From contig NVWV01000004.1 in the NCBI GenBank assembly GCA_002746305.1, positions 5,614-69,613 on the forward strand: a stretch of DNA of 64,000 nt, given 5' to 3'. The translations under genes and the position numbers were made by a program. The stretch is from Bacteroidota bacterium. GTDB taxonomy: Bacteria > Bacteroidota > Bacteroidia > NS11-12g > UBA9320. Numbering within the stretch: the stretch's first letter is position 1; every line of letters starts with the position of its first letter. Under the pieces are notes generated by a model. It saw only the letters and a program-made list of their open reading frames with translations, was not told the origin of the DNA and did not search any database. Shown here in pieces: positions 8,720 through 18,013 of this stretch.

Positions 8720-10140
8720 TCTTCATTTGTAGTCGTTTTTTTAGATGATTTTTCGTCAGTTGAATCAGTCGGATCTTTCAACGTTTTACCTTTTAAGTAT
8801 TCAGGTAATTGCATACCCGCCATAGAGAAAATATCTTGAAGTGGCGGTACAGATTTGTACATGCCACTAAGGAAGTTGGATGTTGAAGTTTTGCCATCAC
8901 TATTGTTTCCTCCGTCCCAAACGGTCACCTTGTCAATCTTAATATTTTTAATCGCTTCTGTTTGAAGAGCAACAATATCTTCAAGTTTATCTGCAATCAG
9001 AAGTAGAGCCGCATCTTGTGGGCTATTTCCGGCAGAACTTACAAGTTTGTCAAAACCTTGAGCTTGCTTAGTCAAAATTTCATAAATACCTTTTGCTTCA
9101 GCTTCTTTTTTGGCGTAGATAGCGTCTGCTTCACCTCGAGCCACTCTTCTAATTTGTTCGGCTTCAGCTTCTGCATCTATTTCTATTTTTTCTTTGCCAA
9201 TTTGTGCGGGTATTACAATATCTGCAAATTGAGTTGCTTTTTCTCTATCAGCTCTACTTTCTTCAGCTTCTGTTTCTGCTGCGTATGCTTCTTCAAGTGC
9301 TTTTGCTGACTGAACTTTCTCAGAAGCTATTGCAAGCTTTTCAGCCTCTGCTTCTCTTTGTCTTCTAAGAGCGTCCGAATTAGCGACCTTTATTTTGGCA
9401 AGGTTTTCACCTTCAACTGCCATTGCGTTAGCATCAGATACTTTGATACGTTGATCTTGATGAGCTTGAGCCTCACCAATGCTACCATCTCTGTTCTTTT
9501 CAGCAACACTCTTTTTAGCATCATTAATAGCCTTTGCAGCAGCTTCCTTACCTAGAGCCTCAATATATCCAGACTCATCTCTAATGTCGGTTAGGTTAAC
9601 ATTAATTAGTTTCAAACCAATCTTTTTAAGTTCTAGTTCCACATTTGAACTTACATTGGATAAGAACTTATCACGGTTATTGTTAATTTCTTCAATGTCC
9701 ATGGTAGCAACTACAAGTCTTAACTGACCAAATATGATATCTAAAGCAAGGTTATGAATCATTTCCGTGTCCAGACCTAGAAGTCTTTCCGCTGCATTCT
9801 CCATTATCCCAGGTTCTGTTGAGATACCTATCGTAAATCGAGAAGGGACATCTACCCGAATATTTTGCTTACTCAAAGCGTTGGTTAAATTAACCTCAAT
9901 AGAGAGAGGTGTTAAATCCAAAAATGCGTAATCCTGAATGATTGGCCAAACGAAAGCAGCACCACCATGGATACACTTTGCGGATAAGGTTGTTTGGTCC
10001 GAAGCTTGACCAACCTTACCGTAGACTACCAAAATACGATCGGAAGGACAACGCTTATACCTCTTGGTAAGCGAATAAATAAGTACAAAAATAAAGAGGG
10101 CGACTAGTATTGGTATTATTACAATTAAGTTCATATTCAA
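8716..10140 (-). CDS. Flotillin-family (SPFH) protein
   Basis: N-terminal TM, SPFH domain (GGAAFVWP, NIRVDVPSRFTIGIS), EA-rich coiled coil, IDKVTVWD. Confidence 0.92.
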   Translation of the reverse strand: MNMNLIVIIPILVALFIFVLIYSLTKRYKRCPSDRILVVYGKVGQASDQTTLSAKCIHGGAAFVWPIIQDYAFLDLTPLSIEVNLTNALSKQNIRVDVPSRFTIGISTEPGIMENAAERLLGLDTEMIHNLALDIIFGQLRLVVATMDIEEINNNRDKFLSNVSSNVELELKKIGLKLINVNLTDIRDESGYIEALGKEAAAKAINDAKKSVAEKNRDGSIGEAQAHQDQRIKVSDANAMAVEGENLAKIKVANSDALRRQREAEAEKLAIASEKVQSAKALEEAYAAETEAEESRADREKATQFADIVIPAQIGKEKIEIDAEAEAEQIRRVARGEADAIYAKKEAEAKGIYEILTKQAQGFDKLVSSAGNSPQDAALLLIADKLEDIVALQTEAIKNIKIDKVTVWDGGNNSDGKTSTSNFLSGMYKSVPPLQDIFSMAGMQLPEYLKGKTLKDPTDSTDEKSSKKTTTNED

Positions 10141-10147
10141 TTATGGT

Positions 10148-10720
10148 TTAGTTTCGGGTTACTGTTAAAATGTTATTGCTGCTGACTTCAACTACTTTGA
10201 CGATAGAGCCTGTCGGAATATCCTCATTATCATTAGTAAGTGCATCGAGATCTCTTAATGCACCTTGTATTTTTATTTGTACTTTGCCATACCCGCTTCT
10301 GTTTGCAGGTATAGTAAGATAAGTTTCTCCTTCTGTTCCAACGGCATTCGATAATTTTAGAGTTCCGCTTTGTGTTAGTTTATGTGCAAAATAGAATATA
10401 GATGCCATTACAACCATCATAGCTAATCCCGCTGTTATTGAGATTACTATTGTCATTGATTTTCCTAAATCTGCATCTATGCATGCTAATCCAGTCCAAC
10501 TGAAAATAGCAAAAAAAGCAATGAGGTTTTTTAAAGTAAAAAATTGAAATCCAATGCCTGTGTCAGCGTCAAATTCAGCATCGATATCAATATCTGCGTC
10601 TACATCCCCACCAAAGAAAGTTGCAATCAATTGTATTAGAAAAGCTACTGAGGAAGGAATAGCAATAAGCCAAAATATTTTGTCAAAAGACTCTAGGGTA
10701 GACCACCACTCTGCGTTCAT
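10148..10720 (-). CDS. NfeD-like flotillin partner membrane protein
   Basis: TM helices plus C-terminal OB fold (YLTIPANRSGYGKVQI..ALT..IPTG), upstream of flotillin. Start moved to ATG 10720 (MNAEWW) because the longer ORF overlaps aroB. Confidence 0.85.
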   Translation of the reverse strand: MNAEWWSTLESFDKIFWLIAIPSSVAFLIQLIATFFGGDVDADIDIDAEFDADTGIGFQFFTLKNLIAFFAIFSWTGLACIDADLGKSMTIVISITAGLAMMVVMASIFYFAHKLTQSGTLKLSNAVGTEGETYLTIPANRSGYGKVQIKIQGALRDLDALTNDNEDIPTGSIVKVVEVSSNNILTVTRN

Positions 10721-10843
10721 AGTTGTTCTGATATAAGGTTCTCGGTTTTCAGTCGGTGTCAAATATAAACTAGAAGGGTTTTGTAATGCAATCAATTCGT
10801 ATGAAAGATATAAAAATATCGTTGTTATTCTACCTTTGAGGTT

Positions 10844-11863
10844 GTGGAGCAAGGTTTAAGTAGTTTGAAAGCATTTGTCAAGGAGAATAAGTCTAATCTC
10901 ATTGTATTAGCAGATAAGCATACCCTCAAGGATTGCTACCCGCTTCTTGAGGAGGAATTACCCCACTTTATAGTTCCATATGGTGAAGGGTATAAAAATC
11001 TAAATAGTTGTGAGTTTATTTGGAAAAAACTCACGGACCTCAATGCTTCTAGATCATCCATATTACTTTGTTTAGGAGGAGGAGTCCTTTGTGATATGGG
11101 GGCTTTTGCTGCTGGGTGTTATCAAAGAGGAATAAAAACGGCATTGGTTCCTACTAGCCTGTTAGCAATGGTAGATGCCTCAGCAGGGGGTAAAAATGGT
11201 GTTAACTTCCTTGGTTTTAAAAACTACATTGGAACATTTAAAGAGCCAGACTCTATTTTTATATGCCATGAATTTCTGAATACTCTTCCATACGATGAGA
11301 AAATCAATGGCTATGTGGAAATGCTCAAGCATGGTTTGATTGCTAGTAAAAGTCACTATGATGTAGTCAAGCTTTTGTTTTTAAAGGACCGAGAACAATT
11401 TGATAATCAGCTTATATATGATTCCGTAAAAATAAAACAGCAACATGTAGATCTTGATTTTAAAGACAATGGAGTTCGAAAAAGGCTTAATTTCGGTCAT
11501 ACAGTTGGTCATGCTATTGAGTCATATAGTCTTGCAAGGAATATGGAGAATGAAAGTTTATCTCATGGAATGTCCGTTGCTTTGGGAATAGTGGTGGAAA
11601 GTTATATAAGTAACCAATTAAATGGCTTGAATGAAGATGAACTTAAAGAGATAACTATTGTTTTACAGAGAATAGTGAACAGCATAAATGAAGAGATCCC
11701 AAGTTTGGATGTACTGATCCCATATCTTCAAAGAGATAAAAAGAACAATTCGGATGGAATTAATTTTTCGTTACTAAGTGGTATTGGGAATTGTGATCAT
11801 GATTTCAATGTAAGTCTTGATATTATTGGTGACGGGTTAGACTATTTACGTAAGCTTAAATGA
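10844..11863 (+). CDS. aroB: 3-dehydroquinate synthase
   Basis: LGGGVLCD, PTSLLAMVDAS.GGKNGVN, LNFGHTVGHAIE, HGMSVALG. Confidence 0.93.
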   Translation: MEQGLSSLKAFVKENKSNLIVLADKHTLKDCYPLLEEELPHFIVPYGEGYKNLNSCEFIWKKLTDLNASRSSILLCLGGGVLCDMGAFAAGCYQRGIKTALVPTSLLAMVDASAGGKNGVNFLGFKNYIGTFKEPDSIFICHEFLNTLPYDEKINGYVEMLKHGLIASKSHYDVVKLLFLKDREQFDNQLIYDSVKIKQQHVDLDFKDNGVRKRLNFGHTVGHAIESYSLARNMENESLSHGMSVALGIVVESYISNQLNGLNEDELKEITIVLQRIVNSINEEIPSLDVLIPYLQRDKKNNSDGINFSLLSGIGNCDHDFNVSLDIIGDGLDYLRKLK

Positions 11864-13110
11864 TACGATTGTCTCACCCTACGAGCGTATTAAAAGGAAG
11901 CATTAAACTTCCTAGTTCGAAGAGTATAAGCAACAGGATGCTGATACTGCAAAACCTGTATGAACAAGATATGAAGTTGGATAATCTATCCAATGCAAAT
12001 GACACTCAACTGCTTCAAGAAATTTTTAAAAGTGAGAGTAAAAATCTAAATGTTCAGGATGCTGGTACGGCATTTCGCTTTCTGACGGCATACTGTGCGG
12101 TCACACCAGGAGAATGGGTCATACACGGAACGGATAGGTTGAACGAACGGCCCATAAGTCAATTGGTGGATTCATTGAGATTGTTGGGGGCAGACATCAG
12201 TTATGTCGAAGAAGAAGGTAAGGCCCCTTTACGTATTAAAGGGAAACAACTAACAGCCAGTGATGTCTTACTTGATTTAACCCATGTGAAAACAAGTCAG
12301 TTTATTTCAGCTTTACTAATGATAGCTCCAAAGATTCATGGAGATTTCAAGGTCAAGGTGAATACTAAAATGTCCTCGTATGCCTATGTGCTTCTTACGA
12401 TTGGCTGTCTCAGGAGAATGGGATATACGGTTTGGGTTAATGGACAATATATTAAGGTAAGTCATCAACAAAAATTTGATGGAGAATACTTTGTGGTGGA
12501 ACCTGATTGGACTTCTTTTTACTATTGGCTAAGTATGGCACATTTAGCAAAGGAGGTTAATTTATTCTTTCCCGGACTCAGGTTGGATAATATGTCTAAA
12601 GAGAGAAAGCTATTGTACCATGTTGGGCATAGTGCAATGCATTTTGAGGAGAGGGATAATGGACTTAGACTTACTAAGTCAAAATCAGGAAATTATGATA
12701 TAAAAGAAGAGTTGAACTTTTCTCAATTCCCAGATTCTGCAATGACCTATGCAGTTTTGATTCCAGCGATAGGGGCAAAAAAAGTAAAACTTAAAGGGCT
12801 TGAAAGTTTAAAATACAAAGAGTGCAACAGAGAAGAAGCAATAACAAGTCATTTAAATAAAATGGGTGTCAATCTTAGCCATAGTAAAGAAGGTGTGTGG
12901 CAGATGGATGCCACAGGTTTTAAACTTGAACCTGAAACATTTTTTGAGAGTTATGATGATCATAGAATGGCAATGTGTGTGGCTCCATTGGCATTATTGG
13001 ATGAAATTATTATTGAAAACGAAGCAGTGGTTAAAAAATCCTATCCGCATTTTTGGGATGACTTAGGGTCTGTCGGATTCCAAGTAGAACAGATATCTTT
13101 GAAGGATTGA
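11860..13110 (+). CDS. aroA: 3-phosphoshikimate 1-carboxyvinyltransferase (EPSP synthase)
   Basis: LPSSKSISNR, DAGTAFRF, SQFISAL, YDDHRMAM, KKSYPHFW; ATGA overlap with aroB. Confidence 0.92.
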   Translation: MIRLSHPTSVLKGSIKLPSSKSISNRMLILQNLYEQDMKLDNLSNANDTQLLQEIFKSESKNLNVQDAGTAFRFLTAYCAVTPGEWVIHGTDRLNERPISQLVDSLRLLGADISYVEEEGKAPLRIKGKQLTASDVLLDLTHVKTSQFISALLMIAPKIHGDFKVKVNTKMSSYAYVLLTIGCLRRMGYTVWVNGQYIKVSHQQKFDGEYFVVEPDWTSFYYWLSMAHLAKEVNLFFPGLRLDNMSKERKLLYHVGHSAMHFEERDNGLRLTKSKSGNYDIKEELNFSQFPDSAMTYAVLIPAIGAKKVKLKGLESLKYKECNREEAITSHLNKMGVNLSHSKEGVWQMDATGFKLEPETFFESYDDHRMAMCVAPLALLDEIIIENEAVVKKSYPHFWDDLGSVGFQVEQISLKD

Positions 13111-14162
13111 ACACACTCGGTAAACATATTAGACTGACATCTTATGGAGAATCACATGGAGCTGTAATAGGTGCAGTCCTTGACGGATTCCCTGCGGGAT
13201 TTAAATTGGATAAGAGTTTTATTCAGAATCAACTTGGGAGAAGAAAACCAGGACAATCAGATATAGTAACTCCTCGTAGAGAATCGGATGAGGTAATTGT
13301 GAATAGCGGAGTGTTCGAAGGCTTCACTACCGGAGCACCTATACATTTTCAAATACAAAATAATAATGCACAGCCTAAGGACTACTCTCATCTAAAAGAG
13401 GTGTATAGACCTAGTCATGCAGACTATACCTACGAAGTTCGCTATGGACACAGAGATTATAGAGGAGGAGGTAGAAGTAGTGCTAGAATTACAGCAGGTT
13501 GGGTAGCAGGAGGAGCTTTGGTGCAAGATTATCTTGCTCAAAAAAAGGGGATTGAAATTTCAGCTTATGTTAAGCAAATTCAGAAAGTAAAGTTAGATAC
13601 TCCAGCTCGATTTTATTCAATAGAGGAGGTGGATACCAACATAGTTCGTTGTCCAAATAATGAGATAGCTGAACAAATGATAACTGTTATTAAACAAGCC
13701 CAAGATAATCAAGATAGCTTGGGTGGAATTATAGAATGTGTGATAACAGGCGTTCCTGCAGGACTTGGGAATCCCGTTTTTGATAAACTAAATGCAACTT
13801 TGGGTCATGCAATGCTCAGCATAAATGCAGTGAAAGGTTTTGAGCTTGGAGGAGGATTTGAAATGACACACAAGCGAGGGTCAGAGGTTAACGATGCATT
13901 CGAAATGAAAGATGGTAAACCATATACCAAAACCAACTTCTCTGGAGGAATCCAAGGTGGGATTAGCAATGGAATGGATATTGTTTTTAGGGTAGCATTT
14001 AAACCCACCGCAACAATTGGATCAACACAAGCAACCATTAACCGAGATGGAGAATCCGTAAGTCTTAAAGCTACAGGTCGCCACGATCCTTGTGTAGTTC
14101 CCAGAGCAGTGCCAATAGTAGAAACTTTGGCAGCGTTGGTTCTTGGAGACTTTACTATTTAG
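13107..14162 (+). CDS. aroC: Chorismate synthase
   Basis: GESHG, RPSHADY, GGGRSSAR, GGIQGGISNG, GRHDPCVVPRA. Confidence 0.97.
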   Translation: MNTLGKHIRLTSYGESHGAVIGAVLDGFPAGFKLDKSFIQNQLGRRKPGQSDIVTPRRESDEVIVNSGVFEGFTTGAPIHFQIQNNNAQPKDYSHLKEVYRPSHADYTYEVRYGHRDYRGGGRSSARITAGWVAGGALVQDYLAQKKGIEISAYVKQIQKVKLDTPARFYSIEEVDTNIVRCPNNEIAEQMITVIKQAQDNQDSLGGIIECVITGVPAGLGNPVFDKLNATLGHAMLSINAVKGFELGGGFEMTHKRGSEVNDAFEMKDGKPYTKTNFSGGIQGGISNGMDIVFRVAFKPTATIGSTQATINRDGESVSLKATGRHDPCVVPRAVPIVETLAALVLGDFTI

Positions 14163-14685
14163 TTTTTTTTGTCGCAAAAGTGGAGATTAGCATCAGCACT
14201 GCAGTAGATACCATTCCAATGATTAATAACAGGTCTGCTCTGGGGTAATGTTGTATTTTAAAAAGAGCTCCAATAACTACTGTTCCTACAGATATGATTT
14301 TTAAAAGATTTAATAACCTACCCTCCGATGGGTTTGTACTGAGTCTCATTGGGAAAAAATCTTGATCCATTCCTATATCCCAATACCAAATAACAAAGGC
14401 TCCTCCAGTTATTACTAATAGATAATAGTCCGCAAAATGAAGTGCTTCTATGTCAAGAAGGTAGATTAGATAGCTTAATAACCCAACCAGAGAAGCCCAA
14501 TGACCATAGGTTTTCTCCTTTTTAAACGAAAAAATTGCCAATGTAAATAGGAGAAAGGCAATCTTTGAATAATAGACAGTTTCTCGTCCATAGGGCCAAT
14601 GTTGAATCATGCAGAGAGCACCTAGAATAATGAACACAATGGAAATGCGTTGGGCCGTTTTTAATACAGTCGGTAGTTTTTTCAT
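14155..14685 (-). CDS. Membrane protein with two GldL-N-like segments
   Basis: ILGALCMIQHWPYG and VIGALFKIQHYPRADLLLIIGM resemble the GldL/PorL N-terminal TM hairpin. Confidence 0.55.
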   Translation of the reverse strand: MKKLPTVLKTAQRISIVFIILGALCMIQHWPYGRETVYYSKIAFLLFTLAIFSFKKEKTYGHWASLVGLLSYLIYLLDIEALHFADYYLLVITGGAFVIWYWDIGMDQDFFPMRLSTNPSEGRLLNLLKIISVGTVVIGALFKIQHYPRADLLLIIGMVSTAVLMLISTFATKKTK

Positions 14686-14804
14686 GTCCTGAGAGCTCTC
14701 AAAGGTAATGGAATGAGAATAGGTGTAAATTCATTGGTCAACTTATATGGACGTTTGATATTTTAACAATGTGGTTTTCGAAAAGTACCTTTATTTTCGA
14801 TGTA

Positions 14805-15515
14805 ATGCAAAAACCACCACCATGTTACCAAGACTGGAATGCAATGGAAATTGTGGATGGAGGTCGAATATGTGCTCAATGTGATAAGACCATTGTTGAT
14901 TTCACAAAAGTAACTTGGGAGAATATTTTAGAGCATCAGAAAAAGACACAGTTTACGACTTGCGGTAAATATTCTGAGAAACAAATTACACACTGGGGGT
15001 ATCAGCCACCAAGAGTAGATTTGGCTTGGTTTAGGAAGTCTAGTTTTACGGGTTTGTTCATTCTATTAGGCTTCAAAGTAGCATATGCACAAGAGGTTGA
15101 GAAGCCCAGTATAGAGATAGTAGGTGATACTGTACAGTTTCTCAGTGATACAACAGAGAAGTATCAATTAGCCAATTTTAGAGGAGTCGTCATAGATAGT
15201 TCCACGGGAGAGTCAATACCTTTTGTTATGTTGAAAACACTCGATGGTAAAAAAAATGTGTATACAGACGTTGATGGATGTTTTAAAATAGAGGTAAATT
15301 CGGCTGACTTGAATAATGGAATGTTGTCTGTTAAGCTCATATATGCAGGATCTGAGAGTCGAGAATATCTCCTTAAAAAGAATATGGTAAATGAACTATC
15401 CCTTTCTATTAAAAAGCTCGAAGTTGTAATAATCGATAGAAGCTTTCGAGTTGCAGATCCAAAGCCAACTTTGAAACCAATTCGAACTATCAAAAATTGG
15501 TTTAAGAAAGACTAG
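14805..15515 (+). CDS. Cys-rich N-terminal domain, TM, and carboxypeptidase-regulatory-like (beta-sandwich) domain protein
   Basis: PC.QDWNAM..GR.CAQCDK..VDFT...CG, then a TM, then FRGVVIDSSTGESIPFV..TDVDG.F. Start set at ATG 14805 (alternative 14769). Confidence 0.65.
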   Translation: MQKPPPCYQDWNAMEIVDGGRICAQCDKTIVDFTKVTWENILEHQKKTQFTTCGKYSEKQITHWGYQPPRVDLAWFRKSSFTGLFILLGFKVAYAQEVEKPSIEIVGDTVQFLSDTTEKYQLANFRGVVIDSSTGESIPFVMLKTLDGKKNVYTDVDGCFKIEVNSADLNNGMLSVKLIYAGSESREYLLKKNMVNELSLSIKKLEVVIIDRSFRVADPKPTLKPIRTIKNWFKKD

Positions 15516-15563
15516 AGTTATTTGTTCTGTTAACTTTGACGAGAGTTTTAAGTTAGAAGAGCC

Positions 15564-16388
15564 TTGCAAAAGATTATCATTATTATTTTAGGAACGTATC
15601 TTAACGTTCTCAATAGAATTTCGAAGAAGATAGGAGGGAAGCATGCATTCCTACTCTTTTGTTATCCATTTCCTGTAAAGCTAAAACCTGCACAACAGAA
15701 GTTTTTGGATACATCTAATAAGTCATTTACTCAGTTTGACAACAAAAAAATAGCTACCTATATCTGGGGCAATGGTCCAAAACGTATTTTATGTTTGCAT
15801 GGGTGGCAAAGTCAAACCTTTAGATGGAAGAAGTATATAGAAAGCCTAGATAAAGAGAAGTATACCATAATTGCTATAGATGCACCGGCTCACGGAGAGT
15901 CTGATGGTAAGGTCTTTAATGTGCCAATGTATGCTCGGTTAATTGAACAATTGATTATAGAACATAAGATGGACTATATTCTTGCTCATAGTTTAGGTGT
16001 GTTTTCGGCCATGTGTTTGTTCTCTGAGAAACCTGAATTAGCACCTGAGAAATTTGCGGCTCTAGCTACTCCGAGTAATGCGAATTTTTTTATTGATGAA
16101 TTTGTTAGGGTACTCAGGGTAAATGTAAGGGTTAGGAAAAATCTAGTGGATTACTTTGAAGGGTACGCAGGAACGACTCCCGACTATTATGATTCACTAA
16201 ATTTTGCTCAAAAGCAAACCTCACATGGTTTGCTAATTCACGATAAAGAAGATGGAGAGGCAACGTATGATAACGTGGTAGAAATTAATAAACTGTGGCC
16301 TAATTCCACATTGTATACCACTAATGGCTTTGGCCATAAGCTTCGTGATATTTCAGTTGTGAATAAAGTCGTGGACTTCTTTGAATAA
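15564..16388 (+). CDS. Alpha/beta hydrolase
   Basis: LHGW, DAPAHG, nucleophile AHSLG, IHDKED, GFGH. Confidence 0.88.
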   Translation: MQKIIIIILGTYLNVLNRISKKIGGKHAFLLFCYPFPVKLKPAQQKFLDTSNKSFTQFDNKKIATYIWGNGPKRILCLHGWQSQTFRWKKYIESLDKEKYTIIAIDAPAHGESDGKVFNVPMYARLIEQLIIEHKMDYILAHSLGVFSAMCLFSEKPELAPEKFAALATPSNANFFIDEFVRVLRVNVRVRKNLVDYFEGYAGTTPDYYDSLNFAQKQTSHGLLIHDKEDGEATYDNVVEINKLWPNSTLYTTNGFGHKLRDISVVNKVVDFFE

Positions 16389-16528
16389 GTGATATTAAGA
16401 AGTTCTCAGTTTTGAAGGTTTAGAGTATTCTTCAGTTTTCATTCCAAAGCTAAATCTATCAAAGAAAGGAATCATTTATTTTACTATTCTTATATTAGAT
16501 GACTTAAAACAAAAATTATTAGAAAATT

Positions 16529-16930
16529 ATGCAATTTTTAGAACCAATTATAGGCGGTATTGCTGCCTTTTTAGTAGGATTTTTATGGTACACAACTTTA
16601 TTCGGGAAGCAATGGCAAGCTCTGACAGGTATGAGCGATGAGGATGCTAAAAAAGATATGGCACGTACTCATGGCCTCTCTCTCTTAATGATGATTATTA
16701 TGTCTTTCGCTTTGAATACTTTTGTTATAAACGCACACCCAGCGGAGCTACAAACATTTGGACACGGTATGTTTCATGGAGCAATGATTGGTGTTTTTTA
16801 TGCTGCGACATCAACAGCAATAAACTACCTGTACCAGCGTAAGTCGATAAAACTATGGTTGATTGATGCAGGATATCAAATTGTAATGCTTGCAGTTTCT
16901 GGCGGTGTTATGGCTGCATTAAGCATCTAA
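16529..16930 (+). CDS. DUF1761-like small membrane protein
   Basis: GFLWY..LFGK.W and LWLIDAGY motifs; four TM helices. Confidence 0.75.
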   Translation: MQFLEPIIGGIAAFLVGFLWYTTLFGKQWQALTGMSDEDAKKDMARTHGLSLLMMIIMSFALNTFVINAHPAELQTFGHGMFHGAMIGVFYAATSTAINYLYQRKSIKLWLIDAGYQIVMLAVSGGVMAALSI

Positions 16931-16949
16931 AATATTAATATTCAATAGG

Positions 16950-16982
16950 AATCCCTGATAAGAAATTATCGGGGATTTTTTT
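16950..16982 (+). terminator. Intrinsic terminator between convergent genes
   Basis: AATCCCTGATAA-gaaa-TTATCGGGGATT followed by a T tract. Confidence 0.75.
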
Positions 16983-17015
16983 GTAATAAAACGATAAGTA
17001 CCAAAAGGATTTAGG

Positions 17016-17912
17016 CTATTTGGTCTTCTTTAATTCATTGATTCTTGCTTCAGCAAATCTTTTGTCATTGTCATTACCATATTGGATCATTTTATTGTAA
17101 TACTCCAGTGCTTTTGGTTCGTTCTTCATTAAGATATAAGCTCTAGCAATATTGCTTAGTACTACAATGTCAGTATTGTCTAGTTTTTCAGCTTTTAATA
17201 ATGGTTTTAATCCCTTCTCGTATTCATTCAAAACGAGGTAGGTAATAGATATATTTGATAAACTCTCAATGTGGTCAGGATAGTGCTCTAAAATAGCAAA
17301 GGCTATATCCCTCATATTGTATAAAAGGGAATCATTTTCTGTATTGAATAATTGATTTTGATACGTTTGGATAGAAGAAAGAAAAAAGTCCTGCCCATCA
17401 TCCCTAGCTTGGTTATTTGTCCAAGTCCATTCGTTGTTGTTTTTTGAGGAACGATGTATTGTTTTAATAACTTCTGAGGTGAAATTATCCCAATCCGAAA
17501 TTTCACCTAGAACGTAAATCTTTCCAAATCTCATGTCAAGTCTATTGGGATGAAGCTTAATACCTTGATCAATCTTATTTAGGCCTTGTTGTAAAACACC
17601 TAAATTATATATGATTTGACTGCCTAAAAAACCGACGGGGGTGCCTGTACTATCACTTATTTCAAGAGCTTCGCCGTTTGGCCTATCTGGATTAATGGTA
17701 ACAAACTCCTCTTGACATAGGCTAAAGTAAAAGTTAAAAGCACTAGTGAAAAACTCAGGGTCTGATGGCTTATTGAGCTCCCAAGCTTTCAGTGTTTCTA
17801 ATTGTTTGGTAGTATCCTTTGCTCTACTGTATTCCTTAAATTGATCTTGAAAATTTTGTGCAAATCCTAGATTGCCAAGTACTACTAAGAAACTAAATGT
17901 TATTACTCTCAT
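17016..17912 (-). CDS. Exported tetratricopeptide-repeat protein
   Basis: Signal peptide ending FA|Q; HPNRLDMRFGK motif; C-terminal TPR-like helices. Confidence 0.7.
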   Translation of the reverse strand: MRVITFSFLVVLGNLGFAQNFQDQFKEYSRAKDTTKQLETLKAWELNKPSDPEFFTSAFNFYFSLCQEEFVTINPDRPNGEALEISDSTGTPVGFLGSQIIYNLGVLQQGLNKIDQGIKLHPNRLDMRFGKIYVLGEISDWDNFTSEVIKTIHRSSKNNNEWTWTNNQARDDGQDFFLSSIQTYQNQLFNTENDSLLYNMRDIAFAILEHYPDHIESLSNISITYLVLNEYEKGLKPLLKAEKLDNTDIVVLSNIARAYILMKNEPKALEYYNKMIQYGNDNDKRFAEARINELKKTK

Positions 17913-18013
17913 ATTCGATTCCCAAATGTAGGTGTTTATGCTCGGATTCTTGAAATGTGCGGTTTATTACCATAGTTGAATGGTATTTCAAAAAAATCCC
18001 TAACATTGACACC

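Noticed and set aside
8716-10720. Flotillin-NfeD pair as a novel system
   Set aside because: This is a well-known conserved operon.
10721-10852. N-terminal extension of the NfeD-like ORF overlapping aroB
   Set aside because: It spans the divergent promoter region and the aroB start; ATG 10720 gives a typical family N-terminus.
11860-13110. Divergent AroA motifs (KECNR instead of KE(S/T)DR) suggesting altered function
   Set aside because: The other substrate-binding motifs are intact and the gene sits between aroB and aroC, so ordinary divergence is the simpler explanation.
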